From Gemmatimonadota bacterium (GTDB lineage: Bacteria > Gemmatimonadota > Gemmatimonadetes > Longimicrobiales > Gaopeijiaceae): a stretch of DNA of 64,000 bases. A program made the translations under genes and the position numbers. The DNA lies in assembly GCA_034521595.1 (NCBI GenBank), contig JAXHMG010000003.1, forward strand, positions 2,784,001-2,848,000, given 5' to 3'. Positions within the stretch are counted from its first letter, which is position 1; each line of letters begins with the position of its first letter. The notes beneath the pieces were generated by a model, which had not been told where the DNA came from, did not search any database, and saw only the letters and a list, made by a program, of their open reading frames with translations. This document shows, piece by piece, positions 48,052-62,377 of this stretch.

Positions 48052-48127
48052 CGGCCGGCCCCAACCGAAGGGGTCGGCCGTTTCTCTTGCCTGGAGGTCA
48101 CCGCGCGACCCGCTGCGCTCGGACTCC
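48052..48127 (+). repeat. 76-bp direct repeat copy 2, terminator-like hairpin after hicB
   Basis: Near-identical to 47355-47430. Confidence 0.85.
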
Positions 48128-48237
48128 CGGACTCTACGAGAGTGTCAAATTCTCAACCGTTGGTTTTGTCCAAGGGCAAACCGGTGATGGCAGAAGCGGG
48201 ATGTGCCGGCGTTCCGTCGCGCGGATGGAGCGAAGGA

Positions 48238-51200
48238 GCTTCAATGAGGCCGCGCCCCGAAGGACGCGGAAGGCCGGAAGACCTTCAAGCGTGGCGTGAA
48301 GCGCCAGCACTCGCTTCAATGAGGCCGCGCCCCGAAGGACGCGGAAGGCCACGGCACGCCGTACTGATCCGTGCACCAGAGATCGCTTCAATGAGGCCGC
48401 GCCCCGAAGGACGCGGAAGGACTCGAGATAGCGACCCCGATGGCTCGAGATTTCAGCATGCTTCACGAGCCGCGCCCCGAAGGACGCGGAAGGCGGAGAC
48501 CTCCGCAGTCGGCCAGCTATCCTCGTGCTTCAATGAGGCCGCGCCCCCGAAGGACGCGGAAGGCGCAAGCGACGCACTGCGCCGAAGCTCGGATGGACTC
48601 GGGCCTGCTTCCAGTGAGGCCGCGCCCCGAAGGACGCGGAAGGCTCGAGGGCGGTCAGGCTGAACGCAAGCCGCTAGAGCGCGTACGGCGCATGCTCTCG
48701 ACGAAGGCCGCAGCCCCGAAGCCGAGGCGCGCGAAGGACGCGCGGTACAAGGCCGCTCGGATCGCGCGCCTGGCGTCTGTGTCGATAGCTTCAATGAGGC
48801 CGCGCCCCGAAGGACGCGGAAGGACCTGAACGACGGCGAGACGCGTGCCTCACGTCGTGCCGAGCTTCAATGAGGCCGCGCCCGAAGGACGCGGAAGGGA
48901 GGACAGCACGCTCCACTCGGGGCGCGGAGATCTGCGCGGCTTCAATGAGGCCGCGCCCCGAAGGACGCGGAAGGGCGCACGGTTTCGATGGCGACCGGAT
49001 GAATGACCTATCGCGCTTCAGATGAGGCCGCGCCCCGAAGGACGCGGAAGGGTGGGGCTCGAAGCAGCCCGATGCCATGCTTCGATCGCCCGCGCTTCAA
49101 TGAGGCCGCGCCCCGAAGGACGCGGAAGGTGCTCCGGGCGATCGTCATGCGACGCACCTCGCAGTGCCTCGCGCTTCAATGAGGCCGCGCCCCGAAGGAC
49201 GCGGAAGGGTCAGCGAGCGACGGCGTCGACCACGATGTTCGAGCACGTCGCTTCAATGAGGCCGCGCCCCGAAGGACGCGGAAGGAGGCGTCGCGTGCCG
49301 TAGCGCGCGGACGGAGTCGAGCAGCTGAGCGGGCTTCAATGAGGCCGCGCCCCGAAGGACGCGGAAGGGGCTGTCAGTCCGAGCATCATCGCGCTCGCAG
49401 GTCGTCGCTTCAATGAGGCCGCGCCCCGAAGGACGCGGAAGGAGTCATCGACCGGCTCGACGACTGCATGATGTGCGACAGCAGCTTCAATGAGGCCGCG
49501 CCCCGAAGGACGCGGAAGGGCGCTCGACCTATGCCAGCCCGACGGCGACGCTCGAGGCTTCAATGAGGCCGCGCCCCGAAGGACGCGGAAGGCGGAGGGA
49601 TGCGGACGCGAATCGGCGGCACGTGCGGCGCGGCTTCAATGAGGCCGCGCCCCGAAGGACGCGGAAGGCGGCGCTCGAGTTCCGACGCGCGAATCGTCGA
49701 CCGCAGCGCTTCAATGAGGCCGCGCCCCGAAGGACGCGGAAGGGCGAGGCCATGGCCTCCGGATGTCGTAGGACAGCTCCGCACGCTTCAATGAGGCCGC
49801 GCCCCGAAGGACGCGGAAGGGATGCGCGCACCGGATGTAGCCGGATCCGGCGCACGCTCGGCACAGCTTCAATGAGGCCGCGCCCCGAAGGACGCGGAAG
49901 GAGCGCGTAGACGACCACGCACGCGACGGCTACCGAACCGCGCTTCAATGAGGCCGCGCCCCGAAGGACGCGGAAGGGGGACGAGTTGCCGCTGGTCGCG
50001 CGACTAAGTCCATCGAGCTGCTTCATGGAGGCCGCGCCCCGAAGGACGCGGAAGGGAGCCTCGGTCGCGACGGTCGACGGACAGCGCGGCATGCGCTTCA
50101 ATGAGGCCGCGCCCCGAAGGACGCGGAAGGAGCCGAGCTCGACCGACCGCGGTCAACTCGCGCCGAGCGCTTCAATGAGGCCGCGCCCCGAAGGACGCGG
50201 AAGGGCGCCGAGCTCTCGGACGCGCTGGCATGCGGCAGTCGACTGCTTCAATGAGGCCGCGCCCCGAAGGACGCGGAAGGCGCGGCACGCACGGACCAGT
50301 ACACTCGCACCGCGCGCTTCAATGAGGCCGCGCCCCGAAGGACGCGGAAGGGCGCGAGCGACGTGCCGCACGACGCTCGAGCATCCGGCACTCGCTTCAA
50401 TGAGGCCGCGCCCCGAAGGACGCGGAAGGTCCACCCGTCCGCTGATCGGCAGATCGTCATTCTGTCGCTTCAATGAGGCCGCGCCCCGAAGGACGCGGAA
50501 GGGCGAGTCTGCGCCGGTCGACGCTGACTTGTCGACTGCTTCAATGAGGCCGCGCCCCGAAGGACGCGGAAGGCGTCGGAGCGCCGTCCGAGTACGCTGG
50601 AAACGCTGTGGCTTCGATGAGGCCGCGCCCCGAAGGACGCGGAAGGACGAGGAAGACGTGACCGAGCGGCCGTCAGACAAGCGCTTCAATGAGGCCGCGC
50701 CCCGAAGGACGCGGAAGGGTCGCTGGGCTTTCGGACGTGTCGATCGGATCGGCTTCGCGGGCTTCAATGAGGCCGCGCCCCGAAGGACGCGGAAGGGCCT
50801 GGCCGGTCGAGCCGATGCGTCTCAGCGACACGGTCAGGGCTTCAATGAGGCCGCGCCCCGAAGGACGCGGAAGGAGGACCACCCGCTCGGCGCATGCTCG
50901 TACGCGTCTCGAGGCTTCGATGAGGCCGCGCCCCGAAGGACGCGGAAGGCGACGAGCCGTCGCGATGATCTCGATGCGATCAGTACGTGCTTCAATGAGG
51001 CCGCGCCCCGAAGGACGCGGAAGGGAGCTCGAGCTCATCGGCTGTCGGCGCCGAGTCGGCCGCGCTTCAATGAGGCCGCGCCCGAAGGACGCGGAAGGCA
51101 CAGTGCGCGCGGCGACGAAGACGGTCGAGCAATCGCATGCTTCAATGAGGCCGCGCCCCGAAGGACGCGGAAGGGCGGCTGGACGTCGACGAGTCTGGCA

Positions 51201-51849
51201 CGTCCACGGCGCGCTTCGATGAGGCCGCGCCCCGAAGGACGCGGAAGGGCGAGGTCGACGACCGTGCGTGGACCACGACGCTGGTCACGTCGCTTCAATG
51301 AGGCCGCGCCCCGAAGGACGCGGAAGGCGACGCGGTCAGCGAGCTCGACGAGGACAGCCGATGAGTGCTTCAATGAGGCCGCGCCCCGAAGGACGCGGAA
51401 GGACGCGGTGGCGTCCGGTCTCGACCGGACCAACCCGACGCTTCAATGAGGCCGCGCCCCGAAGGACGCGGAAGGGTCGGACTCGGCCGCGCGTCGACGG
51501 AACGCGGTCGCGGCGCTTCAATGAGGCCGCGCCCCGAAGGACGCGGAAGGGGCCGACGCGGCGATGTGGCGTGCTCGCTGACGTCGCTCGGGCTTCAATG
51601 AGGCCGCGCCCCGAAGGACGCGGAAGGAGCATGGCGATGGTCGCGAGCGCGGAGCGACCGACAGAGTGCTTCAATGAGGCCGCGCCCCGAAGGACGCGGA
51701 AGGGATAGGACGCACGGGATCGGCCATCCGATCGCGCCGCTTCAATGAGGCCGCGCCCCGAAGGACGCGGAAGGGCTGGCACCGTGCCGTGGCCGTCCGT
51801 GCGTGGTCGAGTGGCTTCAATGAGGCCGCGCCCCGAAGGACGCGGAAGG
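48238..51849 (-). CRISPR. Type I-G (I-U) CRISPR array, about 48 repeats
   Basis: 36-bp repeat CCTTCCGCGTCCTTCGGGGCGCGGCCTCATTGAAGC on the minus strand with unique spacers; degenerate copies cluster at the end distal to cas2. Confidence 0.98.
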
Positions 51850-52022
51850 GGCACCGGTGGCAAGTGCCCTGATGCCACAATGCTGGACGCCACCATGCGA
51901 GCGCCGCAGCCAGATGACAACCGGGGGACCGTGTCACTCCGTCCAGCACTACACATAAACCGTTGTTGTCAAACAACTCCGAACGCTTCCCGTGATCCGG
52001 GGATCACTCAGCCGCTCGCGAA
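51850..52022 (-). promoter_or_regulatory. CRISPR leader
   Basis: Lower-GC noncoding segment between the cas2 stop and the first intact repeat. Confidence 0.75.
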
Positions 52023-52322
52023 TCATACGATATGCGAGCGAATGGCGGGCTCGTAACTCCGTCCTACGATCTCGAGGTGGTTCTCGAGCGGCCGATGTGC
52101 CCGGCCAAGATCCAGGATCATCACCTGATCTTCATCCTCCTGGATTGCCTGACGGAGCTCGATTCGCATTCGAATCAGCTCACGGTCGGTCAGTTCACAT
52201 AGAAATACGCTGAACTGCGCCCAGTCCCCGAACCCGTGCAGTTCGTTGAAAACTTTGTCTCGCCGCTTGTCGTCCGAGACATCGTAGGCCACGAGGTATC
52301 GGCGGCGTCGTGTCTCCGTCAT
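52023..52322 (-). CDS. cas2: CRISPR-associated endonuclease Cas2
   Basis: YLVAYDVSDDKR and QFSVFLC. Confidence 0.95.
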   Translation of the reverse strand: MTETRRRRYLVAYDVSDDKRRDKVFNELHGFGDWAQFSVFLCELTDRELIRMRIELRQAIQEDEDQVMILDLGRAHRPLENHLEIVGRSYEPAIRSHIV

Positions 52323-54043
52323 CGCGTCGTCATCGGAGGATAGGCAGGGATGTCACCTCTGAGCCAGCGGCTGAGGAGGCGTGCCTGCACACGTATCACG
52401 GATCGCCAGGAGCAGCGGTATCCGAACAGGGGATGGGTGACGAGCTGATCCAAACGCGCCTCATAGGCTCGCAGAAAGGCCTTTCGGCCCTTGGGCCCAA
52501 GCATGCAGCTGGCCTGCGACCGCTTGAAATTGCGCTTGGTCACCATGGCCGTGTTGATCGCGGTGAGGACGGCGCTGTCTACCACCAGGGGACGAAACTC
52601 TTCCATCAGATCGAGGGCGAGTGCCGGTCGACCGTGTCTCGGTTGATGGAAGAGCCCCCACCATGGGTCGAGCCCTTCCGCCATGAGGGCCACCGTACAC
52701 TCCTTCGCGAGGATGGCGTAACCGAAGGAAAGGAGGGCATTGACAGGATCACGAGGCGGACGGCGGTTGCGCCCGTCGAAATCCCACTCGCTCTCGAAAT
52801 CACGGGGCCTGAGCGCCCCTCCGAACGCCCTGAAATAGTGCGAAGCCAAGCCACCTTCGAGCCCGAGCAACTCTCCGATGGACTGTGCATGCGGAACCTT
52901 CTTCAGAAGCGCCTGCATCGCGGCTCCGACGTCTTTCGGACGTGGCCTTACATTGCGACCGATGAGGGTCCGCTGATTCGCCCCCTTTGCCTCGACGATC
53001 CGCCTGGCGAACGCGAGGCAGCGCTCTGGATCCCCTGCGGCTCCGAACTGGGCCTGCCGATCGAAGGCGTTTCGCAAGCCCATGCCGTGTGTAACCCCGT
53101 AGAACCAATGTCCAGTGGAGAAATGGACGATGGGGATCGACGCCTCGCAGAGCAGGTGAATGGCTTGGGCGGATACCGAGACATTGCCGAGGATCACCAG
53201 TTGGCTCACGTCCTTGAGCCGCGCGCGGCCGAGTTCCGCGCCGCTCCGCTTCACGACGAGCACTTTTTTGCTCTTACCGACCTTGGCTCCCTGTTCCTGC
53301 ACATAGAACGGCAGCGCTTCATCCCGTGACGGATACAAGCGCCGTACGGGCGGGTGTGTATCCGTCGGACCCGCGTGCTCGCCCGTCGGGATGGCTTTGA
53401 GGACCAGAGTCTCATCGGGCAGGCAGATCCCACTCAAGGAGCAACCGCGGCACTTTGGGCTGTCATCGAGAGGAGGGGGGATAGTGGTCGATCGCTGAGC
53501 TGCATGCGCCTTCTCGACGAGTTCCTGCGTCCGATTCTCGAGCGCAGCATCGAACGGAACGTCTACCCTGGTCCGCGAGGCGGCGAAGTACAGCACGCCA
53601 TGATCACTCCGATACCCGTGCTCGCGCAGCAATAATCCCTGCGCCATCAGTTGTACCCGCTCGGGCTCCCAGCTCCGCTCAGGGGTATCGGGAACACGGC
53701 CCCGTTTCGTTTCTACGGGAACCGCCTCCTCCCCGGCCGTGGAAACCAGATCGAGCTTGGCCGTTAGCCCGAGAGCTTCAGACCCGAGACTCACCGAGCG
53801 AGCGATCTCGGGCCGTTGGTCCTCTTCGTCCGCCGCCTCCCCGTCACCCGACGTCTCCGCCGAAGGGTCAGGAAGAACGTGGTCGAGGCGGTCGACCCTA
53901 CGATGCACCTCCCGACCTTCTTCGGTGAAGCGATTGTCGTCCCAGCGCCCCTCGACGTGCATCAGGTGAAATAGGCGGGGGCAGTACGCATACTCGTTGA
54001 GCATACGCACAGGAAGGAGGTGACGCGGACCGCCGTGACTCAC
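52319..54043 (-). CDS. cas1: Cas4-Cas1 fusion
   Basis: Cas4 part: YCPR, VETKRG, QLMAQ, CRGCSLSGIC. Cas1 part: GLEG, RRPPRDPVNALLSFGY, LALDLMEEFR. Confidence 0.95.
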   Translation of the reverse strand: MSHGGPRHLLPVRMLNEYAYCPRLFHLMHVEGRWDDNRFTEEGREVHRRVDRLDHVLPDPSAETSGDGEAADEEDQRPEIARSVSLGSEALGLTAKLDLVSTAGEEAVPVETKRGRVPDTPERSWEPERVQLMAQGLLLREHGYRSDHGVLYFAASRTRVDVPFDAALENRTQELVEKAHAAQRSTTIPPPLDDSPKCRGCSLSGICLPDETLVLKAIPTGEHAGPTDTHPPVRRLYPSRDEALPFYVQEQGAKVGKSKKVLVVKRSGAELGRARLKDVSQLVILGNVSVSAQAIHLLCEASIPIVHFSTGHWFYGVTHGMGLRNAFDRQAQFGAAGDPERCLAFARRIVEAKGANQRTLIGRNVRPRPKDVGAAMQALLKKVPHAQSIGELLGLEGGLASHYFRAFGGALRPRDFESEWDFDGRNRRPPRDPVNALLSFGYAILAKECTVALMAEGLDPWWGLFHQPRHGRPALALDLMEEFRPLVVDSAVLTAINTAMVTKRNFKRSQASCMLGPKGRKAFLRAYEARLDQLVTHPLFGYRCSWRSVIRVQARLLSRWLRGDIPAYPPMTTR

Positions 54044-54047
54044 GGCT

Positions 54048-55580
54048 CTACACCGCGCTCTTGAACGTTCCGAGCCCAAAGTGGCAGCCGAATCCCAACG
54101 CGAGCGGGCCGCGCACGGGCTCGGGAAAGGTGAGGTGCCAGAAGCTCCCCCCGGTGTCCGGTTGGACGCTCCTCCGTCGCTTCCCGCGACTTCGGAATCG
54201 GTAGAAGTGAACGGGACGCCGTTCGCGGCCCTTCACAGTCACGCTCTCCCGGGGCTCGACCACCGGTTCCGGCATGCCGCGTAGACGGCACTCTCGGCGA
54301 ATCTGTTCCGCCACACCGAGATTCTTCTTCCGAAACCACGGGTGCAGGTACGGCGTCACCGACACCCATTCTGTCGCATGGGCCAAGAGGTGCCGGTCCG
54401 CGAAGTCGTCGAGTGTGCCATGCCGCTCGAAGGTCACGGCCCATTCCTCTCCCCCGCTCAACCAGATGCGATCCAGGCCCACGAGCGCGTCTAACGCGTG
54501 CTCGTCCAAGCCGCCTGCAGCATGAACAACGACGTGATCGACGTGCCCGTCTCCGTCCATGTCTTCGGGAAGATAGAACGCGTGCTGGTGCCGATTGTCG
54601 TCACCCATGTCGTGACCGGAGAGGATCGGCGGGACGTCGCCATCGGCCTCCGAGATACGGTCGGCCTTCGCCATGGCCGCCCTGCGCACCACCTCGCCCA
54701 CTTTGATCGCGTCCTCGATGCGGGGAAGTGGCTTGCCGGCAAGAATCAGGCGTACCGTTGTAGTGCGCTCGGCCGGACGCTTCTTCCACAAGAACGAGGA
54801 GCGAGCTCCGAAAGCGTCAGCGGGGCGAACGTAATCCGCGTTCGCGACGCCCGGGTGTCGACTCCATCCCTGGGCACGGACATCTCCGGTGTCGAGCCGA
54901 AGCGCGTCGATGAAGCGTTCAGGCAAGGTCGCCAAGAGACGCTTTTGTCTAACGCCCAGCCGCCCTTCGTCGAGTCCCAGGGAGGCCACCTGGTCATCGC
55001 GCCACGCCTCGTACTGGTCGGGAGATACGGGTGTCGCGACCGATACGACCTCACTCTCGACCGTGTCGGCGAACGCGCTCGCATCATCGAGTGGAGCACA
55101 GTTCGGCACGCCCTCCCACCCCTCGAGCAACCGTGCTTCGACCCAGCTTTCAGCTCGCCCCAGGTATCCGAGGCGGTCGAGGAGCAGGGCGAGATGGGTT
55201 CGCTGGCCAGCGTCCAGGGACAAATCCGGCCAGTGCATCACCACATCCTCGTTCCGAGGAACACTGGCGAACGCGTCGAAAACCAGCGTCGTCTTTTCGC
55301 CGCGTCCTTCCCGGATGGGCATGTAATGTCGGGTGTGTGCAGACGACGCAGGGGGAAGAGCGAATCTCGGCTCCCGGGCTGCCAGGGCGGTCACCAACCG
55401 TTCGAGGTCGGCCTCGGAGATCTCGTCGGAATCAACCTTTCTGTGCCAGATCGCCACGAGCGTACGAAGCACTCGCCACGGCGACGGAGGCCACTCCACG
55501 GCAGCTTCGTTCACATGGGTCCCCCACGGCGTCGCATGGTATCGTCCGGCGAGAAAGCGGAACGCGATGGCCGTGCTCAC
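54048..55580 (-). CDS. csb2: Type I-G Csb2 (Cas5/Cas6 fusion)
   Basis: YHATPWG, EWPPSPWR, YLGRAES, WVSVTP and GPLALGFGCHFGLG. Confidence 0.92.
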   Translation of the reverse strand: MSTAIAFRFLAGRYHATPWGTHVNEAAVEWPPSPWRVLRTLVAIWHRKVDSDEISEADLERLVTALAAREPRFALPPASSAHTRHYMPIREGRGEKTTLVFDAFASVPRNEDVVMHWPDLSLDAGQRTHLALLLDRLGYLGRAESWVEARLLEGWEGVPNCAPLDDASAFADTVESEVVSVATPVSPDQYEAWRDDQVASLGLDEGRLGVRQKRLLATLPERFIDALRLDTGDVRAQGWSRHPGVANADYVRPADAFGARSSFLWKKRPAERTTTVRLILAGKPLPRIEDAIKVGEVVRRAAMAKADRISEADGDVPPILSGHDMGDDNRHQHAFYLPEDMDGDGHVDHVVVHAAGGLDEHALDALVGLDRIWLSGGEEWAVTFERHGTLDDFADRHLLAHATEWVSVTPYLHPWFRKKNLGVAEQIRRECRLRGMPEPVVEPRESVTVKGRERRPVHFYRFRSRGKRRRSVQPDTGGSFWHLTFPEPVRGPLALGFGCHFGLGTFKSAV

Positions 55581-55590
55581 GGCTACCCTC

Positions 55591-58806
<3,216 letters not shown>

Positions 58807-58814
<8 letters not shown>

Positions 58815-61236
58815 CGGCCGCCCCTTCCTCCACACCCGATGCGCTCCAATCTGCTAGCCGGACCAGCGCTTCCAACCAACTGAGCTGAAAAGGGCCATGA
58901 GCTTCGAGTAGCGCCTGCGTGCGCTCGGTCCAGGAAGGTCCGGATGGGCCCCTTCCGAGGCGCATGAGGTCGAGCCGAAGCTCGGTTTGAGGAACACGAA
59001 CACCATTCATGCCGAGGGCCGGAAGGATATCGCCATCCCATATCCCCCGTGCCACCAGCCGTCCGTCGTCCGGCATGGGCTCCGTGGGCATCGCCCGCAA
59101 ACCCATGCGCACCTTCCCGTGGTGGGCGGCGATCAAGAAGGCAATGAGATCACGGTCGGCGTGGTCCGGGTTGTGTGCGAGCCATGCGAGCATGGAGGCC
59201 AGCTCATGACGGAAGAAGGGCCGCCGTTGGGTCGTTTCGCCATCGACCACTCGGTACCGCGGCCGCCCTCGCCCGGGCGACTTCGCCCAGAGCCGCTCCT
59301 CCCGCCCTTCTCCGGGCTCGGCCGCGTCCAGGAGCGCCGTTCGAAACGCGGGGTGCGCCTTCCCGATATCGTGCCACAATGCCGCCGTACTCACGGCTTT
59401 TGCTTCCGATATGGGTAACGCAACGCTTTCCGTGATGCGTTCGGCCTCCTGCTTCGCGTCCTCGAGATGAGCCGACAGTTCGACCCACGTCCGCGCGTGG
59501 CTGCGTGGGTCACCTCCGTACACCTCGTGCAAACCACCCTCCGCAAGCGTGAGAAGATCGAGCACGTCCGCTTTGCTCGAGGGTTCGAAACCCAGCTCGA
59601 CGTCGTATCCACCATCCGTAGACCGGAGCAAGAGAACAGCCCCCGGGACGATGGAGTCATTCTTGGTCTTCCGCTGCCAACGCTCCAGCAAAGGGTCCCA
59701 TTGCCAGGCGGCACGGGCGCGCTTCCGCACGGACTTCTTCAGGTACTCGTCGAACTGTCCCATCGAAACGTTACAGAGCTCCTCGCGTTGCGGAGAGGGT
59801 ATTTCGTTCGCGGGACCGTCTTCGAAGACGCGCCAATAGACCTGAACCTGCGGGGGACCTTCGTCGCGAATGTACGGGGCGATATCGACGTCGAAGCCCT
59901 GAAGGTCCGGATCCGTGTTGAACAGCTCGAGAAAGTCTTTCCTTCGGACCACCTGATGGACCGGACGCTCACCGGAAACGGGGTTGAGCGACGCTGGAGA
60001 AACGTCGTCGCCGGCCGCTTCGAGAATAGCACGGGAAGTAGCCAGGTCCGCCGCATCGTAGGGCGCCGCATCCTTTCCTTCGAGCTGCATATCGATCCAG
60101 ACGACCTCCGCCCCCTCCTCCACCTCTCCGTATCGATTACAACGCCCGAAGCGTTGGACCATAGAGCTCCAGGGTGCCAGCTCCGTGAACAAGCACGAGG
60201 ATGTGATATCCACTCCGGCTTCGATGGCCTGGGTCGCCACGACGATCCGTCCTTCCCCACTCGAAACACCCTGCTGAAGCTGATCCTCGATAACCGCCCG
60301 CTCCGCCGACCGGAACCGCGCGTGGAGAAGCAGCGCTTCGACGTCGGGCACGACCTCCCGGATGGCTGCGTACAACGCTTGTGCTCGGTCGACGCGATTG
60401 ACGACGATCAGCGTTTGAGAGCCGGGTTGATGATATTCCGCCACTTCGGCGGCCAGGGACTCCGTGTATTCGGCAACGGCGTTCTTCGCGGTTCCTTCTA
60501 ACGTCACCTCGCTTCTCGAAAGGACCTTCTTCGCCGAGAGCCGGCCGGAAACCCTCTGCCGATCCTCGGCCGAGATGCGAAGCACGGCGAGATCACGAGT
60601 ATGCGGAGCAAAATCGACCGTTTCCAGCCAGTCCTCCCGGAGCGTGGCCGAGAGCCACAAGCTCCGGCTCGTTCGTGCCTGAGGCCACACGCGCCGGAAC
60701 GCATCGAGCTGGGCTGAAGTCTCCAGTGCCGGGCCCATCAACTGCACCTCGTCGTAGACCCACATCGCATCGTTGTGGAGGAGCGCGTAGTCGAGCGGCC
60801 ACAGGTAGCGGCTCATGCCATAACCCCTCATCAACGCTCGGGAGAGCAACATGTCCTGCGTTCCGACAAGAAACGCGGCGCGATCGGGCTGGTCACGCCA
60901 ATCGTCTTCGACCCTACCACCCATCAGTGTCCGGACCAGTGGAGGCTCGAGGCTTCGTGCCGTGAAATACGGCTCAGCACGCTCTATCCATTCCCCGACC
61001 ACCGTCGATGTCTGGTCTACGAGCACCCGCATCGGGAGGCAGTACACAAGGCGGGTCGGCGTGGCCTCGTCGGCGTTGAGTCGCTTCCACAACCACGCCA
61101 CCGCCACGCCGGCCGTCTTTCCCAATCCGGTCGGAACGTCCACGACATCCGGCCACGCTTCCTGGCCCATCCGGGCTTGGTGGGGAAACGGCTCGTTGCC
61201 CGTAACGTCTCTGAAGAAGGTGGAATAGCCTGCCAT
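58807..61236 (-). CDS. cas3: Type I-G Cas3 helicase with C-terminal HD nuclease
   Basis: PTGLGKT, GTQDMLLSR, DEVQ, SAT, QRFGRCNR; C-terminal WHDIGK, RHELAS, HHG and RLAD. Confidence 0.95.
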
Positions 61237-61424
61237 CGAACGACCTCGCCTGAGTCGAATGAATGCGGTGGATCGAGGGTTGCCGAAGTTTAGAGTTGGG
61301 GTATGACAACCGTGACGCTCGCGCAATGTATGGGTACGGATAAGCCGCGCGCGAGCCGCGGTTCGCACCCACCGTCCACTGCGTCAACAACGTCCCCATT
61401 ACGCACGGCCCCCTCCCCCCACGC

Positions 61425-61481
61425 TTGACCCTCCTCCCCGGCGACCGTACGTTTCACTCCCTGAAACGAAGAATCATTCTT
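61425..61481 (+). promoter_or_regulatory. Sigma70-like suf promoter with overlapping inverted repeats
   Basis: TTGACC-N17-TACGTT, then CGTTTCA-N5-TGAAACG and AAGAAT-C-ATTCTT (Fur-box-like). Confidence 0.6.
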
Positions 61482-61545
61482 GATAAGGACGTGCTCGGGC
61501 ATCGCGCCCGCGCGCACGTTATTTGTCGATAGCAGCGAGGGCCGC

Positions 61546-62355
61546 ATGAGCGAGGCTCCCATACTGAAGATCGAAGGGCTCGAAGCGAAGGTCGCGGACG
61601 AGGAGTTTCCGATCCTGAACGGGGTCGACCTCGAGGTCCGGAAGGGCGAGATCCACGCCATCATGGGGCCCAACGGCTCGGGCAAGAGCACGCTGGCGAA
61701 GGTGCTGGCGGGACATCCGGGCTACCTGGTCACGAGCGGGTCGGTCACCTACCAAGGTGAGGACCTGTTGGATCTCGAGACCGACGAGCGGAGCCGCGCC
61801 GGCATCTTCCTGGCGTTCCAGTACCCGGTGGAGGTTCCCGGCGTCTCGATCGCGAACTTCCTCCGCACGGCCGTGCAGGCCCACCTGCCGGAAGGCGAGG
61901 AGGTCGACCTCTTCGAGTTCTCCGACACCCTCACCGAGCGGATGCAGATGCTCGAGATGGACGTGTCGTTCGCCGAGCGCCATGTGAACGACGGGTTCAG
62001 CGGTGGAGAGAAGAAGCGGAACGAGATCTTGCAGATGGCGATGCTCGAGCCGTCGCTCGCCCTCCTGGACGAGACCGATTCGGGGCTCGACATCGACGCG
62101 CTCAAGACGGTCGCGGACGGCGTGAACAAGCTGACCGCGCAGCACCCGGACATGTCGATCGTCCTGATCACGCACTACCAGCGGCTGCTCGACTACATCA
62201 AGCCCGACATCGTCCACGTGATGATGGAAGGGAAGCTGGTGCGCTCGGGCGGGCCCGAGCTGGCCCTCGAGCTGGAGAAGGAAGGCTACAAGGACTGGCG
62301 TCCCGAGGTAGCAGCGCCGAACACCCGGGCCGACGCCGACAGCGCCGAAGCCTGA
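61546..62355 (+). CDS. sufC: Fe-S cluster assembly ATPase
   Basis: [29 protein letters not shown] and [10 protein letters not shown]. Confidence 0.97.
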   Translation: MSEAPILKIEGLEAKVADEEFPILNGVDLEVRKGEIHAIMGPNGSGKSTLAKVLAGHPGYLVTSGSVTYQGEDLLDLETDERSRAGIFLAFQYPVEVPGVSIANFLRTAVQAHLPEGEEVDLFEFSDTLTERMQMLEMDVSFAERHVNDGFSGGEKKRNEILQMAMLEPSLALLDETDSGLDIDALKTVADGVNKLTAQHPDMSIVLITHYQRLLDYIKPDIVHVMMEGKLVRSGGPELALELEKEGYKDWRPEVAAPNTRADADSAEA

Positions 62356-62377
62356 CCCCATACCGGAGGACCCTCCC

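Noticed and set aside
30285-48127. Prophage or integrative element
   Set aside because: No integrase, transposase, phage or conjugation genes were found.
48238-51849. Apparent TCGA enrichment in spacers
   Set aside because: The host sequence is also TCGA-rich, and enrichment cannot be shown without counting.
48087-52056. Many ORFs with MRPRPEGRGR or FNEAAPRRTRK repeats
   Set aside because: They are translations of the CRISPR repeat, not proteins.
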